Assembly: GCA_963667465.2 (NCBI GenBank) | Contig: CAXXDN010000002.1 | Location: 352,001-416,000, forward strand | DNA length: 64,000 bases | Source: Dehalococcoidia bacterium | Lineage (GTDB): Bacteria; Chloroflexota; Dehalococcoidia; UBA2979 | Direction: 5' to 3' | Shown here: in pieces, positions 19,282-28,055 of the stretch | Layout of the letters: each line of letters opens with the position of its first letter | Numbering within the stretch: position 1 is the first letter of the stretch | Made by a program: the position numbers and the translations under genes | Notes under the pieces: generated by a model | The model's input: only the letters and a program-made list of their open reading frames with translations | Database searches by the model: none | What the model was told of the DNA's origin: nothing

Positions 19282-19345
19282 TGCTTTCACCCTTCAGGTG
19301 AAAGCATACGCATAGAGAGGCGATATTTCAACCTATGGGTGAAAG
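19281..19345. promoter_or_regulatory. Paired palindromic operators of higBA
   Basis: ATGCTTTCACC-CTTCA-GGTGAAAGCAT (19281-19307) and related TTTCAACCTATGGGTGAAAG (19326-19345), 41 bp apart. Confidence 0.7.
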
Positions 19346-19351
19346 CCCGCG

Positions 19352-19750
19352 CTACTCCGGCCGCAGCACGATCAGCACGGCGGCGAGCGCGATGCCGGCG
19401 AGTAGCGCGAGCAGCGCGCCGCGCAGCACGAACGACGGCTCGAGGCGTGTGCGGCCGCGCGAGAAGGCGCTGCGCCGGCCGTCCCAGCCGGACTCGATGA
19501 GCGCCGTCGCGGCGGCCTCCGCCTGGCGCGCGGGGACGAACAGCGCGTACACGAACGGCGCCCCCGCGGGATAGACGGAGGAGCGCGAGCCGAAGCTTGC
19601 GGCGTGCTCGATGTGCAGCTCCGCCTCGATGCCCTCGGCGAGCAGCAGCTCGTGGTAGTCGCCCGCGCGCTCGGCGTCCTCTTCGACGGTCAGCAGCACA
19701 AGCCCTCGCTGGCCCGGCGGCAGCTCCGCCGGGTCGGGTGGCGAGGTCAC
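19352..19750 (-). CDS. Hypothetical protein with a C-terminal transmembrane helix
   Basis: Coding-like composition; hydrophobic C-terminus; GTG at 19750 avoids the upstream repeat and the overlap with nuoG. Confidence 0.6.
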   Translation of the reverse strand: MTSPPDPAELPPGQRGLVLLTVEEDAERAGDYHELLLAEGIEAELHIEHAASFGSRSSVYPAGAPFVYALFVPARQAEAAATALIESGWDGRRSAFSRGRTRLEPSFVLRGALLALLAGIALAAVLIVLRPE

Positions 19751-19758
19751 TGTCGGGC

Positions 19759-19821
19759 GGGCCGTGCGGGCCGTGCGGGCCGTGCGGGCCGGGCGGGCCG
19801 TGTGGGCCGTGTGGGCCGGGG
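19759..19821. repeat. 9-bp tandem repeat x7
   Basis: GGGCCGTGC x3, GGGCCGGGC, GGGCCGTGT x2, GGGCCGGGG. Confidence 0.9.
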
Positions 19822-19838
19822 CACCGGGCGCGTCGGGC

Positions 19839-22394
19839 TCAGGCGGGCTGGAGCGCCCGCACCCGGACCGGGGCAGCGCCGTCGGCGGCTCCACGCAGCG
19901 GGAAGAGCGCCATCAGCGCGCCGCCGTCGAAGTAGCGCGAGGCGTAGACGACGCCGGCCGGGACGCCGTCGTCGAGCTGCGCCGTGATGCGTACCTCGTG
20001 CGAGCCGTTCGCCAGCACCAGCTCGTCCCCGTTGCGCACGCCGAGCGGTTCGGCGTCGGCGGGGTTGATCAGCAGCGTCTCCTCGCGGTGCAGCTTGTCC
20101 GCCTCCTCCGAGCGGAGCGAGGCGCCCTCCCACGAGGTGTAGAGCGAGCGACCGGCGATCAGCCGCAGGCCGTCCGCCTCCGCGGCGTCGCCGCTCGCCG
20201 GTACGGGCTGCAGGCTCGCGCCGGAGGCGGGCGAGGCGGACAGCGCGCGCGTGCGCCCGGAGCGGATCGCCTCGTGCGGCTCGTAGCCCTCGAGGCCGGC
20301 GGCCGCCTCGGCCATGACCGCGCCTGCGCTCTCGTGGGCGAAGTCGCCGCCGAGCGCGTTCGCGAGCGCCACGAGGATCGCGACGCCGTCGCGCTCGTCG
20401 CGGTGCGGCGGCGCGGCGGGGCGCTGGCGCGTGATGCGGCGATCGCCGCTGGTGATGGTCCCGTCCTTCGCGAAGAAGGGCAGCTCCGCCAGCACGACGT
20501 TCGCGTGCTGCGCTGTCGTCGAGCGAAGCGAGTCGATCACGACCAGCGCCTCGACCGTCTCGAGGGCGGCGCGCACGTCGTCGCTGCCCGGTGCGTTGAG
20601 CAGCGGGTTGTCGTCGTGGATCAGCAGCCCGCGAATCGCGCCGTCGCGTGCGCCCTCGATGATCTCGGGGAAGGAGCGCCCGCCCTCGCCCGGCGCGACG
20701 CCCATGTCGCTGATGCCGAGCACGTTGGCGTCGGTCGGCAGGTAGTGCAGGCCCTGCGCGGCGCGATCGCCGAGGGCGGCGACGGCGAGATTCGTGCAGG
20801 CTGCGGCCTGCGCTCCGGCCGCTTCGGCGCTGAGCGCGCCCGGAGCGAAGACGATCGCGCAATCCGGCGCGCCTGCTGCGCCGTCCGCCGACCGCTCCGC
20901 GAGGAGCGCCCGTGCGGCCTCGAGGCGATCGGGGTCGACGCTCGCCGGTGCGGTGGCGTTGGCCTCGGCGAGCGCCTGGACCGTGGCGGCCTCGGCGCCG
21001 GGCTGCGGTTGCAGCCAGGCGGTGGCGAAGTCGACCAGCTCGCCCCAGCGGGGCGAGACGAGCACGAGCTTCGCGCCGTGCTTCACGACCGCATCCTTGA
21101 CGCGCAGCGAGATGACCTGGTGCGACTCCTCGATGTCGCCGCCGACGACGATGATCGTCCCGGCCTGCTCGATGTCGGAGTAGCTGGACGGCAGCTCGGC
21201 CGAACCGAGGCCGCGCTCGAGGGCAGCGGCGGCGGCGCGGTGCACTGGCCCGTGCGAGAAGTCGAGGTGCGGCGTGCCAATCACCTCGCCCGCGAGCTTC
21301 GCGAGCAGCGCTGCCTCCTCATTCGTCGCCAGCGGCGAGCCGAGGACGGCGATCGCCTCCGCGCCGTGCTGCTCCCTGACGCCGGAGAGCAACCGCGCGG
21401 CCTCGGCCAGCGCGCCCTCAGGCGTGGCCGGGAGCAGCAGGTCGCCCTCGCGGAGGAGTGAGCGGCTGAGGCGCTCGCGGTCGCCGACGGCGTCGTAGTG
21501 GAAGCGCCCGCGCACGCAGATCTGGTCGCGGCTTGTGGGGTTGAGACGGTCCGGGCGCACGATCATCGGGCGGCCGTCGCGCAGGCCGTAGGAGATGGTG
21601 CAGCCGACGGCGCAGGAGTTGCAGGCGGAGTTGGTCCATTCCTCGGAGAGCGCCATCCACTTGTTGGGCTTCTCCATCAGCGTCGCGGTCGGGCAGACAT
21701 CGATGCAGGCGCCACAGAAGTCGCAGTTGGACTCGTGGATGGCGCCGCCGGTGCCGAAGGCGATCATCGTCGTCGAGCCCTTGCCGGAGAGGCTGATCGC
21801 GCCGGTGTGGCGCAGGTCGGCGCAGGCGCGCACGCAGCGCGTGCAGATGATGCACATCTGCGGGTCGAACTCGAGGAACGGGTTGGCGCGGTCCACCTCG
21901 GGTGGCGGTGTCTCGTAGTAGGAGCGCTCCTCGCCGACCCACGGTTCCTCGAACTCGCCCATATCGATCAGCTCGGTCGAGGTCTGCAACTCGCAGCGGT
22001 AGTTCTTGCTGCAGGTCAGGCAGCGATGCGTGACGACGTCGTCGCGCAGGCAGATCTCGCCCGGCTGGCAGTGCACGCGGCGGTGGCAGGTGAGGCAGCG
22101 ATCGGGGTGGTTCGCCATAATCAGCGACATAACCTGCTGCCGCGCGCGTTTCACATCGGAGGTCTCGGTGTTGACCGCCATGCCGTCGGCGGTGACGGCG
22201 GTGCAGGAGAGCTGCAGTTCGGTCGGCCGCGCGCCCTCGATCTCGACGATGCAGGTACGGCAGCCGGCGTAGGGTTCGAGGCCGTCGATGTAGCAGAGGT
22301 TCGTGATGCGAACGCCCTGCTCCTTGATCACCTCGACGAGCGGCCGTCCGGCCTCGACGTCGAGCGCTTCGCCGTTGAGCGTGATCGTGACCAC
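19839..22394 (-). CDS. nuoG: NuoG-like / molybdopterin-oxidoreductase-family Fe-S protein
   Basis: 2Fe-2S (LC..GCRTC..SC), HxxxCxxC, CIICTRCVRAC, CDFCGACIDVCP, CNSCAVGC..ICVRGRF, then a Mo-bisPGD-like fold with no evident Mo-ligand Cys. Confidence 0.75.
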   Translation of the reverse strand: MVTITLNGEALDVEAGRPLVEVIKEQGVRITNLCYIDGLEPYAGCRTCIVEIEGARPTELQLSCTAVTADGMAVNTETSDVKRARQQVMSLIMANHPDRCLTCHRRVHCQPGEICLRDDVVTHRCLTCSKNYRCELQTSTELIDMGEFEEPWVGEERSYYETPPPEVDRANPFLEFDPQMCIICTRCVRACADLRHTGAISLSGKGSTTMIAFGTGGAIHESNCDFCGACIDVCPTATLMEKPNKWMALSEEWTNSACNSCAVGCTISYGLRDGRPMIVRPDRLNPTSRDQICVRGRFHYDAVGDRERLSRSLLREGDLLLPATPEGALAEAARLLSGVREQHGAEAIAVLGSPLATNEEAALLAKLAGEVIGTPHLDFSHGPVHRAAAAALERGLGSAELPSSYSDIEQAGTIIVVGGDIEESHQVISLRVKDAVVKHGAKLVLVSPRWGELVDFATAWLQPQPGAEAATVQALAEANATAPASVDPDRLEAARALLAERSADGAAGAPDCAIVFAPGALSAEAAGAQAAACTNLAVAALGDRAAQGLHYLPTDANVLGISDMGVAPGEGGRSFPEIIEGARDGAIRGLLIHDDNPLLNAPGSDDVRAALETVEALVVIDSLRSTTAQHANVVLAELPFFAKDGTITSGDRRITRQRPAAPPHRDERDGVAILVALANALGGDFAHESAGAVMAEAAAGLEGYEPHEAIRSGRTRALSASPASGASLQPVPASGDAAEADGLRLIAGRSLYTSWEGASLRSEEADKLHREETLLINPADAEPLGVRNGDELVLANGSHEVRITAQLDDGVPAGVVYASRYFDGGALMALFPLRGAADGAAPVRVRALQPA

Positions 22395-22424
22395 CGGCGG
22401 CTCCTCTGTGCGCGCTGCGGGCGT

Positions 22425-22979
22425 TTAGTCGCGGTCGAGCTTGCCGGGCAGGTGTTGAGGCCCGAAGGGCCCCGCCTCGCCGGCGACGGGGAAGCGTCCG
22501 CGCGCGGTCGGCAGCGCCGTGCGCAGCGGGTGCTCCTCCTGCTGCTGGCCGTTGGGGTAGACCCCGTCGCTGCGATCGAGGTACTCGCTGGCCTCGCGGC
22601 TGAGCGCGTCGCGGTCGCGGTACATGTCCTCGAAGACGTAGACGGCGTCGTCGTAGCGTCCGCCGGCCTGGATCGCCTGGTAGGGGCAGGCCTCGGTGCA
22701 GAGTCCGCAGTACATGCAGATCCGGAAGTCGATCTCGTAGCGGTCGATGTTGAGCGTGCCGTCGGCGCGCGGCGAAGTCTCGACGAGGATGCAGCCATCG
22801 GGGCAGGCCTGCGCGCAGGTGGAGCAGCCGGTGCAGCGTTCCTCGAACCAGAGCAGGTTAGTGCGGGCGCGCAGGGGCACGTCGCGCTCCTCCTCCGGGT
22901 AGGAGACGGTGATGGGGGGCCTGAAGATGTGCTTGAAGGTGACGAGCAGTCCCTTGGCGATGCCCAGTCCGTAGGCCAC
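22425..22979 (-). CDS. nuoI: NADH-quinone oxidoreductase subunit I
   Basis: ITVSYPEE, CTGCSTCAQACP, CMYCGLCTEACP; GTG start after GAGGGG. Confidence 0.9.
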   Translation of the reverse strand: MAYGLGIAKGLLVTFKHIFRPPITVSYPEEERDVPLRARTNLLWFEERCTGCSTCAQACPDGCILVETSPRADGTLNIDRYEIDFRICMYCGLCTEACPYQAIQAGGRYDDAVYVFEDMYRDRDALSREASEYLDRSDGVYPNGQQQEEHPLRTALPTARGRFPVAGEAGPFGPQHLPGKLDRD

Positions 22980-23097
22980 GCGAACCCCTCGTCCCGCCGC
23001 AGTCTCCCGCATCCGGCGCTCGCGGCGAAGCATAGCCGACGGCTGCGGCAGGGGGTAGCGGGCGGCGGGGGGCATTGCGGGCGCCGAGGGCCGCCTG

Positions 23098-23140
23098 TAC
23101 TGTGCAACACAGAAACTGTGAGACTGTGGATGAGACTGCG
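23098..23140. promoter_or_regulatory. Putative ribbon-helix-helix operator array upstream of vapB
   Basis: ACTGTG at 23099, 23115 and 23123, ACTGCG at 23135, inverted CACAG at 23108. Confidence 0.55.
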
Positions 23141-23142
23141 GC

Positions 23143-23406
23143 ATGAGAAACATCACCGTATCCGTCGACGAGGAGACGCATCGCCTCGCCCGCATCCGCG
23201 CGGCGGAGCTCGACACCTCCGTCTCGGCCCTCGTGCGCGACTATCTCCTGGAGCTCGTGCAGGACCAAAACAACGAGTCCCGATTCGATCGCCTGCGGAG
23301 GCTGCAGGACGAGACCCTGGAGGCGATTCGCGCTCGTGGCGGTGGCCTGCGGTCGGCCGACAACCTGTCGCGAGACGAGTTGTACGAGCGCGATGCGCTT
23401 CGTTGA
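23143..23406 (+). CDS. vapB: RHH/CopG-type antitoxin
   Basis: MRNITVSVDEE...TSVSALVRDYL...LSRDELYER; overlaps the PIN gene. Confidence 0.85.
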   Translation: MRNITVSVDEETHRLARIRAAELDTSVSALVRDYLLELVQDQNNESRFDRLRRLQDETLEAIRARGGGLRSADNLSRDELYERDALR

Positions 23407-23818
23407 CACGAATGTCCTGCTCTACGCCGTCAGCGAGGCGCCGGAAGACAGTGCCAAGCAGGAAATCGCGCTCGACCTGCTTGGGCGGCGGGATCTCGCC
23501 CTATCGGTACAGGTCCTGCAGGAGTTCTACACGCAAGCGACTCGAGCCTCGCGCCCGCGAGCGCTGGCGCACGAGGAAGCAGCAGCGTGGGTCCGGTCTC
23601 TCGGGCGCTTTCCGGTACAGGCCGTCACGCTCGACGTGCTGTGGGACGCGCTCGCCATCCACGAGCGGTTCGGCCTGTCCTACTGGGACGGCGCCGTCCT
23701 TGCGGCCGCCAGACTGCGAGGGTGCGACATCGTCTACTCCGAGGATCTGAGCGACACGCAGGATTACGGCGGCCTGCGTGTCGTCAACCCCTTCGCCGAC
23801 GCAGGGGTAGGCGCATGA
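23393..23818 (+). CDS. vapC: PIN-domain toxin
   Basis: FVDTNVLLY, QVLQEF, LSYWDG, YSEDL, NPF. Confidence 0.92.
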   Translation: MRFVDTNVLLYAVSEAPEDSAKQEIALDLLGRRDLALSVQVLQEFYTQATRASRPRALAHEEAAAWVRSLGRFPVQAVTLDVLWDALAIHERFGLSYWDGAVLAAARLRGCDIVYSEDLSDTQDYGGLRVVNPFADAGVGA

Positions 23819-24444
23819 CCACAACCCGCTGGCAGCCCGGGGCCTTCATTACCGGCCGCAGCATCTGGTACGGTCGCGTCTTCACGGCCTGGCCCTTCGT
23901 CGTCATCGAGGATCGCGGCGACGTGATCGCCGCCTGCACGCCGCCGGGCACGGTCTGGAAGCGCCCGACCGACCTCGAGGGCAACGACATCCGGCTGCCC
24001 CACGGCGAGTGGGGGCTGCGCGACGACGTCTGGTACGGCCGCGGCATGGTGCGCGTCTTCATCGAGGGCGCCGCCCACTCCGTGCTCGTCTTCCTCGGCG
24101 AGGGCGACGTGCGGCGCTGGTACGTGAACCTCGAGGCGCCCTTCCGCCGCACGGCGATCGGCCTCGACACCTCGGACCAGCACCTCGACATCGTCTTCCC
24201 GCCCGGCCTCGGCGAGCCCGAGTGGAAGGACGAGGACGAACTCGAAGAGGCCGTCGCCTACGGCAGTATGACCCGCGGAGAGGCCGAGGCGACCCGCGCC
24301 GAGGCCGAGCGCGCGATCGCATGGATCCAGCGCGGCGACCACCCCGCCATCGACGACCGCTGGCGTACCTGGGCGCCGGCCCCGGAGCTGGGCATCCCGG
24401 CGCTCGCGCCGGACTGGGAGACGCTGCCGCCTCAGATCTCGTAG
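23815..24444 (+). CDS. DUF402-domain protein
   Basis: WYVNLEAPFRR, DQHLDIV, WKDEDEL. Confidence 0.85.
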   Translation: MTTTRWQPGAFITGRSIWYGRVFTAWPFVVIEDRGDVIAACTPPGTVWKRPTDLEGNDIRLPHGEWGLRDDVWYGRGMVRVFIEGAAHSVLVFLGEGDVRRWYVNLEAPFRRTAIGLDTSDQHLDIVFPPGLGEPEWKDEDELEEAVAYGSMTRGEAEATRAEAERAIAWIQRGDHPAIDDRWRTWAPAPELGIPALAPDWETLPPQIS

Positions 24445-25181
24445 GTCGCGAAGTCCTCGGCCAGCTGGACGCGAGCGAGGGCGCGCGCCCAGTCCGGCAC
24501 GGCGAGCGGGTCGTAGTGCGTCACCAGCAGTCGCGTCGAGGGGTGGAGCGCGTCGCGCAGATCGCGCACGTCGTCCCAGCTCGTGTGGCCGTAGGCGCGG
24601 TCGCCGCCGCACTCCGTGATCAGCAGGTCCGCGCCCTCGGCGAGAGTGAGCACTGCGTCCACGTACGCCGTGTCGCCGGTGTAGGCGACGACGCCGTCCG
24701 GGTGCGAGACGCGGAAGCCGAGCGCCTCGATGCCGTGGCCGTGCTCCATCGAGACGCACTCGACGCGCAGCCCGGCCCACTCGAAGGCCGAGCCGCCCGC
24801 CTGCTCGAACCAGCGCACGCGTGGGTCGTCGCGCTCGGGCAGCCGGTCGGAGGCCCCGATCACCTCGCGCAACCGGTCGTGGATGCCCGGCGGCCCGGCG
24901 ATGCCGAGCGGCTCGCGTGGGGCGCCCTCGCGGGCCGCTTGGCCCACCGTCGCCTCGAGCAGGAGGAGGTCCATGCCGCCGATGTGGTCGGAGTGCTCGT
25001 GCGAGAGCAGCACGAGGTCGATCGCCTGCGTCGGCACGCCGAGGCGGAAGAGGTGCGCGAGTGTCTGCGGCGGGCAGTCGAGCAGCACCCGCCCGTCGAG
25101 CAGGAACCCGCTCCAGTAGCTCCCGTGCGAGAACGCGAACCCGGACCCCAGGCAGTCGAGGCGCAGCCGGTTGCGAGTCAC
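24432..25181 (-). CDS. MBL-fold metallo-hydrolase (RNase Z-like)
   Basis: LGSG, LLDC, SHEHSDHIGG, YTGDT, ITEC, VTH. Confidence 0.88.
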   Translation of the reverse strand: MTRNRLRLDCLGSGFAFSHGSYWSGFLLDGRVLLDCPPQTLAHLFRLGVPTQAIDLVLLSHEHSDHIGGMDLLLLEATVGQAAREGAPREPLGIAGPPGIHDRLREVIGASDRLPERDDPRVRWFEQAGGSAFEWAGLRVECVSMEHGHGIEALGFRVSHPDGVVAYTGDTAYVDAVLTLAEGADLLITECGGDRAYGHTSWDDVRDLRDALHPSTRLLVTHYDPLAVPDWARALARVQLAEDFATYEI

Positions 25182-25210
25182 GTGTGCCGAGTCGTCGCGG
25201 CCCGCCGCCG

Positions 25211-25840
25211 CTACCGGCCGGCGGGGGCGGGGTTGGGGACGCCGCAGAGCCGGCGGCCCTCGGCGAGCGTGTCGGGCGTGTCGAGGTCGATGCGCACGAT
25301 CGGCTCGTCGTCCATCGCAAGCTCGACGGGCGGGTGGCGGCGCAGCACGGAGCGCAGGCCCAGCTCCTCCTCCGTCGCCGCCGCCAGCTCCTCGAGCAGC
25401 TCGCCGGAGACGACGACCGGGTGGCCTCGCGAGCCGAGGTACGAGGGCTGGACCGCCTCGGCGCCCGTCGAGCGCAGCTCGTCGACGAGCCGGTCGATGA
25501 TGTCGGCGCGCGTCGGCTGGTCGACGTTCTGGATCACGACCGCGTCGGGCCGCCTGCGACTCGGCGAGAGCAGCGCCGCCGCGCCGGCGGCCAGCGAGGT
25601 CGAGCGGCCCTGCGCCCAGCGCGCGTTGAAGACGCAGTGCTGTCGCTGGCCCTCGGCGAGCGCGCGCCGCACGTCGTCGGCGTACGCCCCGGTGACGACC
25701 ACGACGCCCTCGATCTGCGTGCGGGTGAGTTCGTCGAGCTCCCAGGCGAGCAGCGAGTCGGCGCCCCAGGGCAGCAGCGGCTTGGGCGAGCCCATGCGGG
25801 TCGAGGCCCCGGCGGCGAGCACGAGCGCGGCGACGCTCAT
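25211..25840 (-). CDS. MocA/MobA-like nucleotidyltransferase
   Basis: LAAGASTRMGSPKPLL, VDQP, GHPV, DLDTP. Confidence 0.88.
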   Translation of the reverse strand: MSVAALVLAAGASTRMGSPKPLLPWGADSLLAWELDELTRTQIEGVVVVTGAYADDVRRALAEGQRQHCVFNARWAQGRSTSLAAGAAALLSPSRRRPDAVVIQNVDQPTRADIIDRLVDELRSTGAEAVQPSYLGSRGHPVVVSGELLEELAAATEEELGLRSVLRRHPPVELAMDDEPIVRIDLDTPDTLAEGRRLCGVPNPAPAGR

Positions 25841-26259
25841 GAGGCGGCTCCCGCGCGCTCAGCTGTCCGGCTGGCGGCGGGGTCGTTGCGCCAGCCCTCG
25901 ATCGCCTCGCGCACGGCGGCGGCGGCGAGGACGGAGCAGTGCAGCTTGGACTTCGGGAGCCCGCCGACGGCCGCGGCGTAGTCCTCGCGCGAGAGCGCGG
26001 CGGCCTCCTCGAGGCTGCGCCCGAGCAGCAGCTCGGTGGCCGCGGAGGACGTCCCGATCGCGGCCGGGCAGCCCGAGGTCAGGAACGAAGCAGCGGCCAC
26101 GCGCTCATCCTCGATCCGCAGAAAGATCCGCATCGAGTCCCCGCAGACGGGATTGACCACGTACGCCTCGGCGTCCGCATCCTCCATCGCCCCCGCGTTG
26201 CGCGGCCGCTCGAAGTGCTCAATCAGCGCCTCGCTGTAGCCGGTCGTCGTTGCTGCCAT
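25837..26259 (-). CDS. iscU: Fe-S cluster scaffold (IscU/NifU N-terminal)
   Basis: HFERPRNAG, NPVCGD, GC, KLHCS. Confidence 0.9.
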   Translation of the reverse strand: MAATTTGYSEALIEHFERPRNAGAMEDADAEAYVVNPVCGDSMRIFLRIEDERVAAASFLTSGCPAAIGTSSAATELLLGRSLEEAAALSREDYAAAVGGLPKSKLHCSVLAAAAVREAIEGWRNDPAASRTAERAGAAS

Positions 26260-26336
26260 GGCCGTATTGTCTCACGGGTTTGGGGAAGGGGGGCGGCGCA
26301 ACTGCCCCATGGCAAGCCGGCGCACGGTGCGCTGCG

Positions 26337-26789
26337 CTAGAACTCCGCGTCCATCCTGAACTCGCGGTGTCTGAGCGCAAAGATGCTCTCTCGATTGAGT
26401 GCGACTCTGATCCCATCGTCATTTGTAACCACATCCCATCGCTCGGGCAGGTGATCGCGGAAGTGGATGGCCGTGCAGACGACCATTGGATCAGCCGCAC
26501 CGTCTGATGTGGTGAAGAACTGCCCATAGCGTTCAATCACGTGATCGTGGTGGGCTAGAATCTCCGCGGTCTCGGGAACAGTCAGCACCTCACGATTCCT
26601 CCTGGCCCAGCCACGGAGCTTGTCGTCCTGGCGGTCTATCTCACGCAACACAGCAGCCGGTACGCGGAGACGCCCGCTCTTGGCTAGTCTGGTCAGGAAG
26701 TTCATCGGTGCATTCGGGTTCCTACCGCCGAGGAGATCGATCAAAGCGCTTGAGTCAATCAGGTAGCCCTTGTCCGGTGCGAGCACCAC
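26337..26789 (-). CDS. DUF4411-like PIN-fold protein
   Basis: YLIDSSALI, VLREI, ADPMVV, VVTND; GTG start overlapping the upstream TAG stop. Confidence 0.75.
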   Translation of the reverse strand: MVLAPDKGYLIDSSALIDLLGGRNPNAPMNFLTRLAKSGRLRVPAAVLREIDRQDDKLRGWARRNREVLTVPETAEILAHHDHVIERYGQFFTTSDGAADPMVVCTAIHFRDHLPERWDVVTNDDGIRVALNRESIFALRHREFRMDAEF

Positions 26790-27964
26790 TACTCGGCGAG
26801 CAACGCAGCGTCCGACGCCTTGATGCGAAGCGCTCTGGCGACTTCCGAGACGGTGATCGCTTCGTCCTGAAGCGCACGTCCAAGAAGTTTCGCGGAGCGG
26901 TCGCCCAAGTACCTGCTGTACCGCTTGTACTTCGCCACGCCTCTTCCGCGCGCGCGGCCAGGCTTGGCCCTCCAGAACGGCTTGTATCCGCTGTCGGCGA
27001 CGATGCCTAGCTCCCTTAGTCGAATCCCTATGACCGCACCACCTACGTGGAAGCGGCGCTGCAATTCTCTGCGGACAGCCGCGGGCCAATCGAGGAAACT
27101 CACCGGCATGGCATCCTCTGGGAGGGCGGCGAGGACTTCCGCGGCGGGCACCAGCATCTCGGCAGCGAAAGCGTTGGCGTTCCGCTCTTCATCGCGCGGC
27201 TCGACCACATGAGGATCACAAAGGGTTCCCGATCCGGCGTTCAAAACGAGGTGTCCCACTTCATGGTGGAGAGTGAACATCCGACCCGCTGCTGTGTCGG
27301 AGGAGTTGAGGGCGATCGCCGGTGGTCCTCCCCGGTCCCAACGAGACATTCCGCGGAGTTCGTCGATCGGCATAGGGAAGCGAAAGACCGAAACCCCGAC
27401 GCCTTCAACGGCTTCGATCCATCCGGCGAGTGCGTCTTCCTCACCTCCCCAAGCATCCAGCTCCTCAGTTCCAATCCCCAATGCTGAGCGCGTCTCGATG
27501 GCGAGCGATCGGAGATCGGGAGCGTCAGATTCCCGTCCGCTTGTCGATGGAAGTGCAATTGGCTCCGCGTCGGCAAGTCGCGAGAGCACCTGCCGCGTGA
27601 TCTCGTAGAGGCGATCGAAGAGATCAATGCGCTCGCACGCTGAGTAGCTCAGTGTGCTCTTGGCGCCGGGTGGCCGACGGAAGTCCCGGAACGGTGACCG
27701 CGGTAGCTCTGCGGAAAAGAGATCCACGTAGCGCACGAGACACGTGCTCGCCAGCGCCTCCGCCTCCATCACGCTCGGCAAACGCTCACCGCGCTCCATA
27801 GCCTCGATGTCGTGCGCGGTTATCGGCGAATCGGGCCGGTGCCGCTTGAGCGCCTCCGATGCGCGTTCGGCCGCCTGATCATGGCTTAGCCCAACGCGAC
27901 GACGCGCGGCGGCAAGTGTGCCGCGATGGACAGCCACACCGACTTCGGCTCCCTCGACAGCCAT
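26789..27964 (-). CDS. XRE-type HTH fused to ImmA/IrrE (M78) metallopeptidase
   Basis: LAAARRRVGLS, MERGERLPS, RDFRR, FTLHHEVGH (HExxH), ANAFAAEML. Confidence 0.9.
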   Translation of the reverse strand: MAVEGAEVGVAVHRGTLAAARRRVGLSHDQAAERASEALKRHRPDSPITAHDIEAMERGERLPSVMEAEALASTCLVRYVDLFSAELPRSPFRDFRRPPGAKSTLSYSACERIDLFDRLYEITRQVLSRLADAEPIALPSTSGRESDAPDLRSLAIETRSALGIGTEELDAWGGEEDALAGWIEAVEGVGVSVFRFPMPIDELRGMSRWDRGGPPAIALNSSDTAAGRMFTLHHEVGHLVLNAGSGTLCDPHVVEPRDEERNANAFAAEMLVPAAEVLAALPEDAMPVSFLDWPAAVRRELQRRFHVGGAVIGIRLRELGIVADSGYKPFWRAKPGRARGRGVAKYKRYSRYLGDRSAKLLGRALQDEAITVSEVARALRIKASDAALLAE

Positions 27965-28055
27965 CGTGCTTGTCTCCCGGTTGTCCGTTCGGACGCCACA
28001 CCCTAGGGCCTTGGCGGACCGTCCGGCGTAGTACCAGCCTACTAGAACAATCCGT

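Noticed and set aside
19839-22394. Selenocysteine formate dehydrogenase
   Set aside because: No in-frame TGA and no Cys at the expected Mo-ligand position.
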